This document shows positions 41,651 to 54,000 of a DNA stretch of 64,000 nt, one piece after another (the first letter of the stretch is position 1; each line of letters starts with the position of its first letter). The stretch covers positions 13,082,001 through 13,146,000 of the forward strand of contig OZ176051.1 in assembly GCA_964247055.1 (NCBI GenBank), given 5' to 3'. A program made the translations under genes and the position numbers. The notes beneath the pieces are model-generated. The model was not told the DNA's origin. It did not search any database and was given only the letters and a program-made list of their open reading frames with translations. The DNA comes from Paragordius varius (Eukaryota; Animalia; Nematomorpha).

Positions 41651-41757
41651 TGGAGAATATATGGCTTGTGGAAGTGTTTACTTTGCAAAAAACAATAAAT
41701 TATTTTCCATTATAAAGAGATAGATGAGTATCGGAAATAAATAAATTAATTTTATAC

Positions 41758-41897
41758 CAGGGGTGTCCAACACAAATATCTTCGCGGTTGATTTAAGGGT
41801 ATTTCATTTGTTTTAAGCCCAATTGATGATATATCTTATAATTAATCCTATTGATATCCAATTTTTTATTTCCAAAAAAGCGTGTTGGACATCCCTG
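41758..41897. mobile_element. hAT-type MITE between convergent genes
   Basis: TIR caggggtgtccaacac / gtgttggacatccctg; flanks do not form a clean TSD. Confidence 0.7.
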
Positions 41898-42029
41898 GAT
41901 TAGATTACCAATAATTAAATATTGAAGGTTGATAAACCTGTATTTAATAAACATAAAAGGGTTTTATAAATTATTTATTTAATATACATTGATATAATTG
42001 TAGATTTTAGATAATTATGTAGTGAATTT

Positions 42030-45000
42030 TTAGCTTTTCTTTGGTTCAATACGATGAGAGAGTTGCATCAAACGTTCTAGATTGTTAATCACCTTTAATT
42101 CTCTAACATATTTTTCATATTCTTCTTTGGGAATAACTGTGTTCTTGATTTTACTTAATATATTTTGGGTATTTATGGAGCTTTCTGGTCCCAAAAAATT
42201 TATGAGAGATTTTTCATCTGATAATAAGTATAAATTTTTTTAGATAATTAAGTATATTATATCCATATTTAAAAAATAATTATGTATAAACAATCTTTGT
42301 ATTTTATGTCTCCGTATTGTACAAATTATACAGAATAGCCATTTTTAAGATTATTTGTATTATTTAAAAAATATTATAATATAAAAGCTTACCAAAATTT
42401 AGAGATCTAAAATAATTGAGATTCCTTATGATACCTCCAATCAAGTGCTATAATATTATATTTAATACATATTTTATACCATTTTTTCAAAATTAACTAA
42501 GCCATTGTCCAAATATGTTTTATTGCCTTCATGGATGAATGTCAAATCTATGTTTGTAATATATGTATATATTATATATGACAAATCCAGTTTCTAGTTT
42601 TTCTGATTTTTGGGTTTTGAAAAAATTTACCAGCTTTAAATTCAAAAAATTAAGAGTAGGATGCAAAGCAAAAGTTTAATCTGATTTTAGGCAGTGAGTT
42701 GGGATGTCCAAAGAGGGGACCGCGGCAACTCAAAAAGTGCCCCCTTAAAATTGTGTTAAAAATTTTCTATATTAAAACTTCATTGATTTTTTCAGGTAGT
42801 TGGCTAAAGGTGCATATGTTTATTTATTAATTATGCTTATGTTTTGGCACATACCAGTTTTTAAAATTTATATTTTAAAATGAGTCAGAAAAAAGTTAAA
42901 TATCGCTAAAAAATGAATGGACAGAAAATTTTTTGTAAAAAATGAGACATGCACTTGATATATGCAATAGTATTGTTTCTAAGCTAAAAAAGTCAAATAT
43001 TGTAAGACATTTTTTGAATCTTCATCAAAATAATGCCGAAACCTGCCCATCAAAGTTTAAATAACGGAGGACTAAAGTAAAGAAATCAAAGGAACATTTA
43101 ACCGCTTTACAAAATTGTATATTTAATACAACAATAAAAAATATTTGTGCATTGTGTTAGTTATAAAACTAAGGTGGTTAGTAACTTGTCATCTTTTGAT
43201 TAAATTATCTTTGTATTTTGATCCAATCTTAAATCAATTATAAAATAGTGTAAATAAGTTACTTAATCTGTAAAGCATATACTCATATCATTTTAAATGT
43301 AATATTTTTGAAATACCACAAGATTTTTTTTATAAAAAGTCACAGCAACAAAAGCGTGGACATCCCTGTTATAGGGATTTTACATTCAAGATTTTCTCTG
43401 AAAGCGCTTTTTGCACACTAGCTTCTGAAAATTTTTTGCACACGAAACATGTGATTACTTTAACTAAGATGGATAGGCACTTTAAAAAATACCCAAAATA
43501 ATTATTTAGTGTATAGGTTCATATTTATTAAAAGTTTTTCAATTTTATTTGATTAAAAAATTGAGGAAAAATATTAAAATTGTTAGCGTTTTTACCCAGG
43601 AGGGATGCATTAAACCAAGAGTGGCCAACACGCGGTTCTCCGAGATTTTTATGCGGCCCTCAAAAAATCGGAATATCCATAATTTGTAAATGCTCATAGT
43701 ACCTTAGTAAAATTAACATTTTTAAACAATTTTTCTAAATTTGTCTATTTAATTGGCAACTAAAAAAATTGTATTCTACCATTTCCCAAGTCAATCAAAA
43801 CGGTTTTATTTTTGATGATAAATATCAAAATAAAGTATCAAAATAACTATTAACCATTATCAGCGTAATATTAGGCTATTATTTTTATAAAATACAATTA
43901 TTGAATGACAATTTTTCCAATTATATTCCAATGCACAATCATCAATGACTTATTCTTTAAAAGATATATTATATGGAATTTGAGTAATTTTAGAAAATAA
44001 TTAATAATTTTTTCATTTTAACGATAGTTCGCATTCTTTATTCTAATTTATATAATAAATTTATCTTATATTCCAGGGGTGGCCAACACGCGGCCTGACA
44101 GATTCTGCGGCCGCGCAAAATTTGGAAATCCATTTGCAAAAATATCAAATCATAGTAAAATTGATATTTCTTGCGCAATTTTTATGAATAAGTAAGTCTA
44201 TTTGGCAACGAACTTGAAGAAATTGTTATATTGCGTTTGCATTCTACTGTCTAATGTCTAAAATCGAATAAATTATTTATGAATGCCCGTATATATTTCG
44301 AATGCGGAACGCCATGATTTTTTAGTTAAATATGCGGCCGAGAAGCCATTTGTATTGGACACCCGTGTTTTAGTCAAATATATTTTTTAAAATATTTTTA
44401 AATCAAAAACATTTTTATCAAGAAATATTTTTTGTTTTAGTTTTCCGGCAGTATTTTTATCGACAAACTCGACATGTTTAAGCAGTTTAAAGCGTTAAAT
44501 GGCCATGAAATAGAAATGGCATATCATTAAAAATTTTATTATTTTATCCGTAACTATAGATTTTATAAATTAGCCCCAAATATTAATGCGAATCATCGAT
44601 AAAATAAAAAATTATTACACTCGAATTCCATAATATATAACTCTTATAGAATAAGTCATTAGTGATGAATTGGAATATAATAGGAATATTTGTCATTCGA
44701 TAATTGTAATTTTATAAAAATAATATCCTAATATAGGTGGATAAGGGTTAAAAGCCATTTTTATATCATGTTTTGTTATTTATTATCAAAAATAAAACCG
44801 TTTTTATTGACTGGAAAAACGTTTCGATTGATTAGGATAATATTTCGATTGACTGGGAAATGGTTTATTATGTTTGAATCTTACAGTCTATTCATCTATT
44901 ATATTACATATGGTCCACATATGTATTTCAAATGCGGCCAGTCCAAAAGGCGGCCCAAGAAGCCATTTGTGCTATTCATCTTTAGACAATTTTTCCATTT

Positions 45001-48000
45001 AAAAACTCCATATAGAAAGTAATTTAATGGCTCTATTTAATAACTGAGCAAAGCTTTTTGTAAACAAGCTTATTATGTATTTTTTTATTATCTGTTATTC
45101 AAAAGTTGAGCGAATTTCATTCAAAAATAAAAATATAATAAAGAAAATCTGATTAAACAGGTGGTTGCTTATTCGTTTATTTCCTTTATATGCAATACGA
45201 ACCCCATTCGAAAACTGGTGAATTGTTTCATGCAAAATACAAATAATATCACACTAAGATATTTAAAATGACTTTTAAAGCATTTGTACGTTTTTTTTAA
45301 TGATTTTATCTAGGCTTTTTATTTGTAGTTTTTGATTTAAACCTTTTAGAACTAAGGGCATAAATGGTATGAGGGGTGGTTTTAGCTTTGATATTTGAAG
45401 TCTGTAGGCCCTGTGATTCCGAGAAGGATCAGTAAATAAGAGTAGATCATCATACATTTTTCTGATACGGTAAGGTAATCGCTATAATAAAAAATATGCT
45501 AAAATGTGATCTATATTAAAAATCGCATAAATATCGTATTTTTATGTTTTTAAGTCCACGTTTTGAGCCCACAGTTGAAATATCAAAAACCGTGGTATAA
45601 CAATGATATCTGTAGTTAGGCAAAAATATGATTGTCGTCGTAAAAGAGTAGCCACTGAAATATATTTTAAACAAAAGTAATCGTATATGTTTCATTATAA
45701 ATTCAATAAATCACATCTCTTAATAATTACAGCATGCATATCGTTGGTCAATTCACATTATTGTTGGTCAGCTAATACAGTACCGTATGATGTAATAAAT
45801 GCTGTTTATAATTGATAAAATGTCGTAAGATAAAAAGAAATTGTAATTTTAACCATTTTTGCTTTTTTAAACATATGCTACTGTATTGCCCATTGGCCAA
45901 AAATATTGTTAATTGACCAATATCAATGTGATAATGTATTTATGCAATCACTATTTAAAAAATTGATTTTATATGCAGCCAAATCTAACTATTTTTAAAA
46001 CCTTTAATACCAATATTTGAATTTATCCATTAATACCTATGGAAACATTTTAGATAATATGTATTGATATTTTAATGGGATAATAATTAAATATATAATG
46101 AATTTAATCGATATCCCAAGTGAGTCTTAGACAAAATCTATTTTATTCCGCTTTAATTGGGAGGCATCTCGTTTTTAAATATATAATACTGATATTTTAC
46201 TGAACAATTACATAATTATCTATTTCTCAAATACTTCGGTGTGTAATGACATACTATCTAAAGACCTATTGTATATTCATTGAAACCGTTTTTACCCTAC
46301 CATTTAAAATAAACTGTGCAGTGAATGATAGTCATATATCACTCATATTTAATCTTAAAATTTCTATTTTTATTTAATAACTATCGTTTCATAAAAAATT
46401 ACTATTAAAAATGGTTAATCCTAATAAAAAGATAGAAAATTTTGAGGGTAAAATGGAATTAATAATAATTTTTACCTCCCAAGTCTCATGTAAACGGCTT
46501 ATACATGTATCATTTAACCCGAGACAGATTGCAAAAAAAGCATTGAGATTTTGGAGATCTTTACAGCTGTATTGCAAAGCATTGTATAAAATTGTGCAAA
46601 AATGAATACTAATTACTATTTTTCACTCAAAAGTAGTGGCATATTAAATTATTAATACAACAAGCAAATATTAATTAGCATTAAATAATTAATCATAGTT
46701 TAAACTTACTATTGAGCAATTTTTATAAATTTTTTAAGTATTTGGGCTCGCTTATTGATTGAGAATGGATCCGTCATACATACTTCCGTACAAACCCAAT
46801 ATTGGACCAGGTTAAAACGTTTGGCAAATATATCCAAATTGGCTGTTAATAGTTGAAATTTGAGCAAAGGTGTAACATTCCCAAAAAATTCTGCCTATAT
46901 CAAAAAAATATTGTCAAATTTTGTGCCGAATTTGTACTTTTTAGCATACTAAAATTATCGGAAAAAGTGATTAGGCTATTCATATAAGTCGTTCGCTTAT
47001 ATATGAGAAACAAATGGTGAACCAAAGCAATTGTATCAGTATTTTGGTTATAATTTTTAAGCATAAACAACAACATTATAATATATTATATGCGCAAAGA
47101 ATTAAAACTAAATAGGTTCAACTAGAAAAAATTATAAATATGTAAACATTATCATGGTAAACTAAAAAACTTACACTCCGATTATAATTAAAATTTGGAT
47201 CTATCATTCGTATACCATTTTTTCAGTAGAAAGCAACACTTTTTCAAAAACGCAACATTTTTTCAACCAAATGCATCATTTTTTTAGCAAAGCCAAATGA
47301 AAAATTGTTGCGTTTCGTTAAAAAAATGCTGCTTTCGACTGGAAAATGGTATATATCATAATGAATTTATACATTTATATATGATTTTTCAAAACATAAA
47401 ATCCATTTAAAATAATTGACAAAAGATTTCCAAAACTAAAATTTCAATAATCTCGAAGCGTTCCCCCATTATTTAAAATTTTAAAGAATGCGCAGCATTT
47501 CAAAAATCGTAATTTCGTATGTTATTGTTATGTTTAATAACTTAATTGTTTTTGTTAACTTAACTCAATTGATCTTATATTATTTACCATATGAAAATAT
47601 AATATTATCCTTCTCTCTTACCTTTGTGCATAATACACCTTTGTCCTTGTTACGCTAAAAATGTTTATTATCTTGGTTGTGAATGCTTTCACCTAAATAC
47701 TGTAATATTGAACCTTATGCAAATATATAACTTGGATGTGAATGCTTTCATCTAAATATTGAAATATTTAACCTTATGCAAAAATGCAACCTCGCTCTAA
47801 AACTATGTATAATGGAATATAATTTTTTATAAAAAGAATAAATCCCTTTTTTCGCTTATCATTGACGCGGTCGATTTTTTTTCTTGCGCGGTATTCATTA
47901 TTATGGAAAAAATAAGTATTGAAATTTATGAAATCAATAATAATTTTACGGAATATATTAAATATTTACGAAGAAATTTAGTAATTAAAGGAATACACTA

Positions 48001-51000
48001 TAATAATGAAAATATTAAAGCCATCTTTCTTGCCCAATCCGGTATTGATAACATTTCTAAAATGGAACAATTCTTTTACCCCGTTAATATTTAAAACATA
48101 TCTTGGGAGGAGATTTATGAAGCTGGGGTGAAAATATTTCAGCCCACCAAAAATACTTTTTTAGCCCGATTCGATTTTTTTAGAGCGGAACGATTAGCGG
48201 GTGAAGGATTCTTGGAATTTTTTATAAGACTTAAAAATTTAGCCGCCGCATGCGAGTTCAAAGGGAACGTTGACGAACTAATACGGGACGTATTTATATG
48301 TGGGTTGAAGGAAAAAAAACCAGAGACTGAACTACTTAACAGGTACCAAGGGCATTAGACAAAGACATACCAGTGGAATTAAATAAGGTTCTAAATTTGG
48401 CATTAGCGTATGAAAATTCTCGCCTGGAAGTGAACTCAGTGAGAGCAATATATAATAATGAAAACATAGAAAGTATTACTAATGGTAATAATAATGAAAC
48501 TTATAATGATGGTAATATTGATAACAATGAATATCTGGTAAGACGCAAATCTGGCGTAAAATCGTGTTTCAAATGCGGTCGCACCCACAAATACGGATGC
48601 TGCCCAGCTTCTGGGAAGGTATGTTTCAAATGTCAGGGTAGAAATCATTTCGGCAGCCAATGCCAAAACAAATATGCTAGCAATAACAGGTATGCGAATA
48701 ATATCGTAAATAAACCTAAAATAAATGTAAAAATAAACTCTACCCACGTCGAAATGTTATTCGACACGGGGGCCGACATATCTTTAATAAATTTTAGCAC
48801 GTGGTTTAAAATAGGAAAGCCTAAAATAAAACCCATTAATTTTAACATAAACACTTATGATAATAATCCTTAGATAGGACAACTGTAACTCTTGAATTAA
48901 AAAAATAAAAAAGATAACATTATTACAAAGAGACATCTTCCTCTAATATTTGGCATGGGTTGGATCCAGCTATTCCATATCCCATTGCCTAACGAATTAT
49001 ATATTAATAAAGTATATCCCACAAATGATATTTACAATAAATTTAAGTCTTTATTTGATAACAAATTGGGTTGTTGGAAAAGGGAACCCATAAAGATGTT
49101 TTTAGAAAACAATAGTAGGGGCCGGGTATTTCCGGCTAGAAGGGTTCCCTTGGACTTACAAGAGAAATTAAGTGAAGAGATCAAAAGGCTAGTATCCTTA
49201 AAAATTATTGTACCAGTAGACCCCAAGCAGTCTAAAATTTGTTGGTCCAGTCCTATAGTAAACGTATTAAAGTCAAATAATGAATTAAGAATATGCGCAG
49301 ATTTTAAAGTGTCAATAAACAAATACATTAAAACACCTCAATATATAATACCCACATTTGATGATTTGATTTCCGAAATTTCACATGGTAAGACGTTTTC
49401 AACATTAGATTTAAAAGATGCTTATCTTCAGATTCCAGTGCATTCCGAATCTCAAAATCTTCTCACAATATCCACACCTCTTGGTTTTTTAAATATACTA
49501 GGCTCCCTTTTGGTCTTTTGTGCGCACCTAGTTTTTTCCAACAGATCATGGATGAGCTATTAGGAGATTGTAAGGGAACAGCGGTCTATTTAGATGATGT
49601 AATTGTTACGGGGGAAACGGATGAGGAGCATTATAGAAACCTAACACAAGTATTTGAAAGATTAGAACGAATGGGTCTTAAATTAAAAAAAGATAAAATA
49701 AAGCTTTTTTAACAGGAAGTAGAATATTTGGGGTTTACTATATCAGAAAAAAGTATAAAACCAGCGAGCAGTAAGATTAAAGCCATTCGTGAGTGTCCAG
49801 CCCCTAAAGATAAAACAAGTCTCCGTTCGTTTTTGGGCCTTTTAAACTTTCATTCACGATTTATACCTTCTCTAAATACAATTGTTAAAGAACTCCATCA
49901 GCTAGCTGGTTCCAAAAAGAAATGGTGTTGGACCGAGGTACACCAAAATATTTTTGAAAGGGCATTAATAGGGAATAACAGCCGCCTCTTCCCTTTTAAC
50001 CCCAGACTTCCCCTTATTCTAGAAACGGATGCATCTGGGGAGGGGTTTGGGGCCATCCTGTCGCACAGGACGTCGGAAGGTAAACGACCCATTGCATATT
50101 TTTCAAAATGTTCCCCAGCAGAGAAAACTTATTCAGTTATAGAACAAGAGGCAAAAGCCATTGTATTGGCCCTAGAGAAATTTAAAACATTTTTATATGG
50201 TAGAAATTTGAGATTAGAACAGACCATAAACCTCTTATCAATTTATTCGGACAGCAACGCGTATTAAGCGATCTAAACAATAGTAAATTGCTAAGATGGA
50301 TTTCATAAACATCCATTTTCGACTTCAACATAATGTACTACCCGGGAACCGAAAATCTAGCAGACTCACTATCAAGACTACCAACTGAGATAACTGAAGA
50401 GTGTGACAATGACGAGGATATAGCCCAGGAGGTCCGGTTGCTATGGTGTCAAGAGTTAAACTTAAACAAGGAGAGGGTGTTTAAGGAAACTATGAGCGAT
50501 GAGACTTGTAAACATATTAAAGCAGCACGAAAGACAAATGATTGGTCTCATCCGGGGGTGCAGTCCTATAAACCACTGAGAAATGATATCGAAGAATCCT
50601 ACGGCCTTCTATATCTAGGTGACCGCCTTATTGTGCCTCAAAGCATAAGGGTTTATATTCTTAACTATCTTCATAAAGGTCACCCTGGTATACAGTCTAT
50701 GAAAGCGTTAGGTAAGAGAGAAGGATAATTTTATATTTTCATAAGGTAAATAATATAAAATCAATTGAGTTAAGTTAACAAAAACAAGTAAGTTATTAAA
50801 CATAAAATATCTCCTATCTAATTTAAAAGTGATTTGTGTATCTGTCAGGGGCTTTTTGGCGTTTGGTAGGATAGCGTCTCTCGACTGGTACTTCTAGGCT
50901 TCGGGGTTTTGGCCGAAATTGAACCAGGATATCGAAAAATGGTGGCAAGTATGTTCAATTTGTCAAAAGTCACGGTTCAACATTGCAGTAAGCCCGACTT

Positions 51001-54000
51001 ATAAATGGAACCCGAACACCACCGTTTGGGAGCGATTGCATCTCGATATAGCGGGGCCCGTAGATAACCTCTACTGGGTCATACTTATAGATCACTGCAC
51101 CTGGGTGGAAGTAGCACAGCTTAAAACAGTGAACTCGATCAGTATTTTGAAAGTTTTAAAAGGTTGGTTTGCACGATATGGCACCCCAGAGATGATTCAT
51201 AACTGATAATGCGTCGTATTTTAAGTCCGGTGATTTTGAAAGAATAGTAAGTTCCTCTAATATCAAGCATGTAACCTCTGCGCCATACCACCCTCGGACA
51301 AATGGTTTTGTGGAAAGGGTCATTCAAACATTGAAAACGCACTATTATATGTGTTCTGAAGTAGCAGATCCAGAACGCCGGTTAAACCAGGTACTGTGGG
51401 CTTACAGATCAGCACATCACAATGGTATAAATGAGACACCTGCACGACTATTCCTAAAACGAAATATGCCGACACCGCTGTCCTGGATGAAAGGCAAACC
51501 AAAGGATTATATCGATGGTACCTCAGGTAATATACGTGAGTTCGTTCCAGGTGAGAAAGTATTTATAAAGAATGAGTTAGAAGCCGGTTGGCGAGAGGGA
51601 AAAGTTGTAGAGCGGACTGGATTATTGTCCTACAATATCGAATATAGAGGGAGGGTTTTACGAAAGTATACTGATCAATTAAGAAGGTCCCGATGAACTT
51701 AAGCTAGACGACCTGAAAGAATCGGAATCGGAACAACAGAATAATAATGATAATATCATAGCCACCCCATTGCATGGTCCTCCTATTGATGACAATATCA
51801 ATAATGATGATACCAATCCTTCCCCGGATATTTGTCAAGAATTCCACAATAATCAGCAAAGTCCAACGGCGATAAGATTGCAGAACCCCCAAGCCTGGAA
51901 GTACCAGTCGAGAGACGCTATCCCACCAGAAGCCGAAAAGCCCCTGACAGACACACAAATCACTTTTAAATTAGATAGGAGATATGTTATGTTTAATAAC
52001 TTAATTGTTTTTGTTAACTTAACTCAATTCATCTTATATTATTTACCTTATGAAAATATAATATTATCCTTCTCTCTTACCTTTGTGCATAATACACCTT
52101 TGTCCTTGTTACGCTAAAAATGTATATTATCTTGGTTGTGAATGCTTTCACCTAAATACTGTAATATTGCCTTATGCAAATATAAAACTTGGTTGTGAAT
52201 GCTTTCATCTAAATATTGAAATATTTAACCTTATGCAAAAATGCAACCTCGCTCTAAAACTATATATAATGGAATATAATTTTTTATAAAAAGAATAAAT
52301 TCCTTTTGTCGCTTATTACAGTTATACATTGTTAATAAAATAGCCTAATATTTTTAATTATTGTTATGTGGAACTGTTTAGTATATTGGTTTATCTTACG
52401 ACGCCGCTGACTCTGGAATTGAGTGTATTAAATAAACCAATAAATAAAATACTAAAATAATAGACATATAATTTATTTTACCGGGATGATATTTCTAAAG
52501 AGCAACCATTCATACTTCATTAGGTAAAATGCGATAAGTTTTGGACTCATGAGCTCAAAAATATTTAGGGAATTAGGGGAATTCGCAAATTTTGTATCGA
52601 TCTATTATAAATAAAAACTTATATAAATATATATTCGGTTAGTGACAAAGTATTAATCTCAAATCAATGTGGGTTTAAGTGGGACAAAATTTTTTTTATC
52701 AAGGGTATTTAACAGGCGCCTTCCGAAATGGTATTTGCGGCCCGCGAAAAAATACCAACCAAAAATTCATAATTGCCTAATAAAATTGATATTATTAAAT
52801 TTTTAATTAAGTCTTTCCAAATTTTGGCCACGATTGTTTTTATATTTTTTAAGGCAGCCCGCGAGGCCATTTGTGCTGGGCACTCCTTCTGTACATTGGG
52901 TTACGAAATGTATTTAATATATAAAAATTAAATAATTGTTTTTATAAAATTATATCCAATATACTTTAAAATCAAAGTTGGACGGATCAACCAAATATAA
53001 TTTTGAATTTATTGGGAGTTTTGAAAGAAAACACGATAGGGTATCCTTCAAAACGATTTTTTTCCCATCACATGTTACTTGAACCAAAATTCTTTTAGGT
53101 CCATTGCTGATCGCAGGATGTTTTAATATATTATTTTCAATGCTTGTTATCAAATCTTTGACTGTTATTTCAAGGGGAGCTTTAATTAAGAGAGGACCAG
53201 CGGTTATTCGATATAATTTGAATATACCTGTATAAATTAATATAAATGAGTTTTAGCACTGAATACATTTATTGAGTGGGGACATACAGGACAATTAAAA
53301 AAGAAAAAAAAATGGAACTTAAGGACAAATATTTTTTCAAAATTCAGCCAACTTTATTTTTTTTATTCATATATTTTTAATTGTTTTACCCATCTCTCCT
53401 TAATTGGCGACACTAAACCTAGTTTTATTCAAAAACTTAAGATTTAAATTATAGTTCTCCTTTTTTTCTTTTAACTTTTACCGCTTATTTTTTATTTTCT
53501 TTAAAATAATCTAATCCTTAATTATCAAAATCATTCTAAACGCTGATTGGGTGAATGCCAATTTGGGTGTTTAACACTAGGATACAACACATTCATCTCA
53601 TACCTTCGATTCAAATTGGGGTAGTTGGATACCCCAGGACTGTTTAAAATTAAATATTTCAAAAAATATGGAATGAATTTAAACCATGGCAAAAGTTTGC
53701 ACATAACATCAATAAGCCAAAATATATAAAAAGGTTTATTCAAAAATACTTGATATAATTTTAAGGCAAAACTTAAGGGAAAAATTTAGCAATATAAAAT
53801 GTGTGCCTTAGCTTAATTAAAAAATAATACAAACAAACCACATTTTCTGTGTATATTAATGTTAGATGTGATTTATATAAAAAATTAGCTTTAATTTTAG
53901 CTTATTAAATAAACACGATATTTTGCAAAAATGTTGTAAAATAAAAATGGTCGATGTAGTTTGATATGAAACTTTTTTTTTCAAAACTAAATTTTATTTA

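Larger units (their letters stand above)
47526..52320 (+). mobile_element. Full-length but inactivated Ty3/Gypsy (Mag-like) LTR retrotransposon, antisense in Epac intron 46895-52481
   Basis: LTRs 47526-47861 and 51985-52320 (TG..CA); 5-bp TSD GTTAT; polypurine tract ~51968-51984; order gag-PR-RT-RH-IN. Confidence 0.96.

Noticed and set aside
46950-47125. Minus-strand segment resembling the CDC25 start (LIYKRTTY)
   Set aside because: The true exon [18 protein letters not shown] was found at 52601-52482; this segment has a stop and no usable acceptor.
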